The notes beneath the pieces are model-generated. The model was given only the letters and a program-made list of their open reading frames with translations. It made no database searches and was not told the DNA's origin. The translations under genes were made by a program, and so were the position numbers. A stretch of DNA of 32,000 nucleotides from Schaalia meyeri (GTDB taxonomy: Bacteria > Actinomycetota > Actinomycetes > Actinomycetales > Actinomycetaceae): positions 30,001 to 62,000 of the forward strand of contig NZ_FNLK01000006.1 of assembly GCF_900105015.1 (NCBI RefSeq), given 5' to 3'. Position 1 is the stretch's first letter. Each line of letters starts with the position of its first letter. Shown one piece after another: positions 30,674 through 32,000 of the stretch.

Positions 30674-31801
30674 GTGAGCGTTAAGCCCTCCCGCACAGTC
30701 GTCATTTCCGTCGCCTCCGCAACCGCCCTCCTGGTGGTCGGCACCGCCGCCACAGCCGTCGGGAGCTCCTATCGCCACGTCACCCTCGAAGTAGACGGTG
30801 TCAGCCGCGACGTGTCAGGCTTCTTTACCACCGCGGGCGACGCCCTGAGCAGCGCCGGGGTAAATGTTGGCGACCACGATCTCGTTGCCCCCAGCGCCGA
30901 TCACAGCGTCTCCAACGGCGACACCGTGGTCGTGCGCACGGCGACGCGCTACGACGTGACTGCCGACGGAAACGAAACCACCGCGTGGTCCACGGCCTCG
31001 TCGATCTCCGGCGTGCTCTCCGCCCTGCCCGCCACCTCCTCGTCCATGGCCGCCGACCGCTCCCACACGCGCGCCGAAATGCCGATCGGCGAGGGCGGCG
31101 AAACCATCCACGTCGTCGCCGACGCACACACCACCGACGTCGTTGCCTCGCCCGCCGAAGGCACGACCGCGATCCTCTCAAAGGCGGGCATAACCGCCGG
31201 TCCGATCGACCGTGTCACCCTGGAAAGCAATGACGGCCAGACCACCCTGCGCGTCGCCCGCGTCGCGCGCGGCAACGTCACCACCACGACGGAGATCCCC
31301 TACGAGACCGAGGAACGCGAGGATGCCGAGGCCGAAGAGGGCACCGAAACCACCGTGCAGGAAGGCGCGGCAGGCAGCGAGACCACGCAGGCTTATCAGG
31401 AGACCATCGACGGCAACGTGACCGTCTCCGCCGTGGTGTCCACGACCCGCACGGAACCCGCGACGCGCATCGTTTCTAAGGGAACGAAGCCCAAGAAGGC
31501 GCAGGATTCCTCCGGTTCTCGCTCCGGTTCCTCCTCGTCCGGTTCGGGTGGCATCACCGGCGACGACGCTGCCATCTGGGCGGCCATCGCCCAGTGCGAG
31601 TCCGGCGGCAACCCGTCCACCAACACCGGCAACGGCTACTACGGCATGTACCAGTTCTCGCTGCCCACGTGGCGCAGCGTTGGCGGCACCGGCCTGCCCT
31701 CCGACGCTTCGGCTGAGGAGCAGACCATGCGGGCGCGCATGCTCCAGCAGCGTTCCGGCTGGGGCCAGTGGGGCTGCGCATACAAGCTCGGCCTCGTCTG
31801 A
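30674..31801 (+). CDS. rpfB: resuscitation-promoting factor RpfB-like (TM anchor, DUF348 repeats, G5 domain, Rpf lysozyme-like domain)
   Basis: The C-terminal AIAQCESGGNPSTNTGNGYYGMYQFSLPTWRSVGG...QQRSGWGQWGC is the Rpf transglycosylase-like domain. Upstream lie VTLEVDG/VVV-type DUF348 units and a G5-like TTEIPYETEE...VVSTTRTEPATRIVSKGT region. It follows TatD as in mycobacteria. The start is uncertain (GTG 30674, GTG 30635 or TTG 30560). Confidence 0.85.
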   Translation: MSVKPSRTVVISVASATALLVVGTAATAVGSSYRHVTLEVDGVSRDVSGFFTTAGDALSSAGVNVGDHDLVAPSADHSVSNGDTVVVRTATRYDVTADGNETTAWSTASSISGVLSALPATSSSMAADRSHTRAEMPIGEGGETIHVVADAHTTDVVASPAEGTTAILSKAGITAGPIDRVTLESNDGQTTLRVARVARGNVTTTTEIPYETEEREDAEAEEGTETTVQEGAAGSETTQAYQETIDGNVTVSAVVSTTRTEPATRIVSKGTKPKKAQDSSGSRSGSSSSGSGGITGDDAAIWAAIAQCESGGNPSTNTGNGYYGMYQFSLPTWRSVGGTGLPSDASAEEQTMRARMLQQRSGWGQWGCAYKLGLV

Positions 31802-31897
31802 CGTGACATTACCCGCGGGCCGGCCACACTCGTGGCGCGCCCGCGGGCGGTCGCGCTAAGCTGACCAGCAGTACCGATAGCGAGTAACTGGAGAATC

Positions 31898-32000
31898 GTG
31901 AGCAACCATCTGAGCACCTCCCTGAGCGCCTCCGCCGCCAGCGCCCTGCACGTCCTCGGCGCCCACCTGCGATCCTTCGCGCCCTCTCCGCGTGCGGTCC
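31898..32000 (+). CDS. possible 5' end of the next gene (by synteny possibly 16S rRNA dimethyladenosine transferase), running off the right window edge
   Basis: GTG 31898 is preceded by GGAG (31887-31890), and the frame stays open to the window end (VSNHLSTSLSASAASALHVLGAHLRSF...). Only 34 codons are visible and no diagnostic motif is present. The rsmA/ksgA suggestion rests only on the tatD-rpfB-ksgA order known in mycobacteria. Confidence 0.25.
   Translation, partial: MSNHLSTSLSASAASALHVLGAHLRSFAPSPRAV

Noticed and set aside
1-32000. Whole-window scan for CRISPR arrays, tRNA/rRNA/tmRNA/RNase P/SRP RNA signatures, IS inverted repeats, and toxin-antitoxin pairs
   Set aside because: Several things were absent:
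- regularly spaced direct repeats, other than the in-frame 15-bp repeat at 27369-27473;
- cloverleaf-like or conserved RNA cores;
- transposase-like translations.

The Fic gene has an internal inhibitory motif rather than a separate antitoxin.

Overview
This is a GC-rich actinobacterial chromosome segment. The codon bias, the sucD/PerM-like pairing and the tatD-rpfB pairing point to Actinomycetales (possibly Actinomycetaceae); species cannot be determined from the sequence alone. I support about 29 protein-coding genes. I found no rRNA, tRNA, CRISPR array, transposase or integrase.

Layout:
- Left flank, housekeeping: sucD (5'-truncated), a PerM/DUF6350-like membrane protein, bioY and guaA.
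- Middle, about 10 kb (5072-15201): a visibly lower-GC accessory block between guaA and rarA. It holds a TetR regulator flanked by two small membrane proteins, a DUF3290/DUF421 pair, a ClbS/DfsB homolog and a Fic-wHTH protein. It also holds a BtrH-like + SRPBCC operon facing a TcmP-type methyltransferase, and a DrrAB-type ABC-2 exporter operon ending in a second TetR.
- Right part, mostly housekeeping or stress genes: rarA, an esterase, a UDG-family protein, arfB, a methyltransferase, a threonine-aldolase-like enzyme and a nitroreductase. These are followed by a YkvI-like membrane protein, ogt, a GNAT, a giant fused MacB-type ABC protein, a DJ-1/PfpI protein, TatD and rpfB.

Most interesting:
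1. The orphan tailoring/detox-like module (BtrH-like, SRPBCC, methyltransferase, TetR, exporter), with a long divergent control region that contains an unannotated 52-codon ORF.
2. The roughly 1130-aa ABC ATPase-FtsX fusion. Its predicted extracytoplasmic domain is about 700 aa and carries a 7 x 15-bp tandem repeat encoding pentapeptide-type (M/L)D(L/F)SX units.
3. A class-II Fic-wHTH protein with a three-half-site operator over its own promoter.
4. Several sharp AT-rich palindromic operators sitting on promoters (bioY, TetR 1, the exporter operon).
5. A recurring leaderless-gene promoter geometry.

All family calls rest on motif recognition by eye and no searches were run. Start codons are the least certain coordinates.
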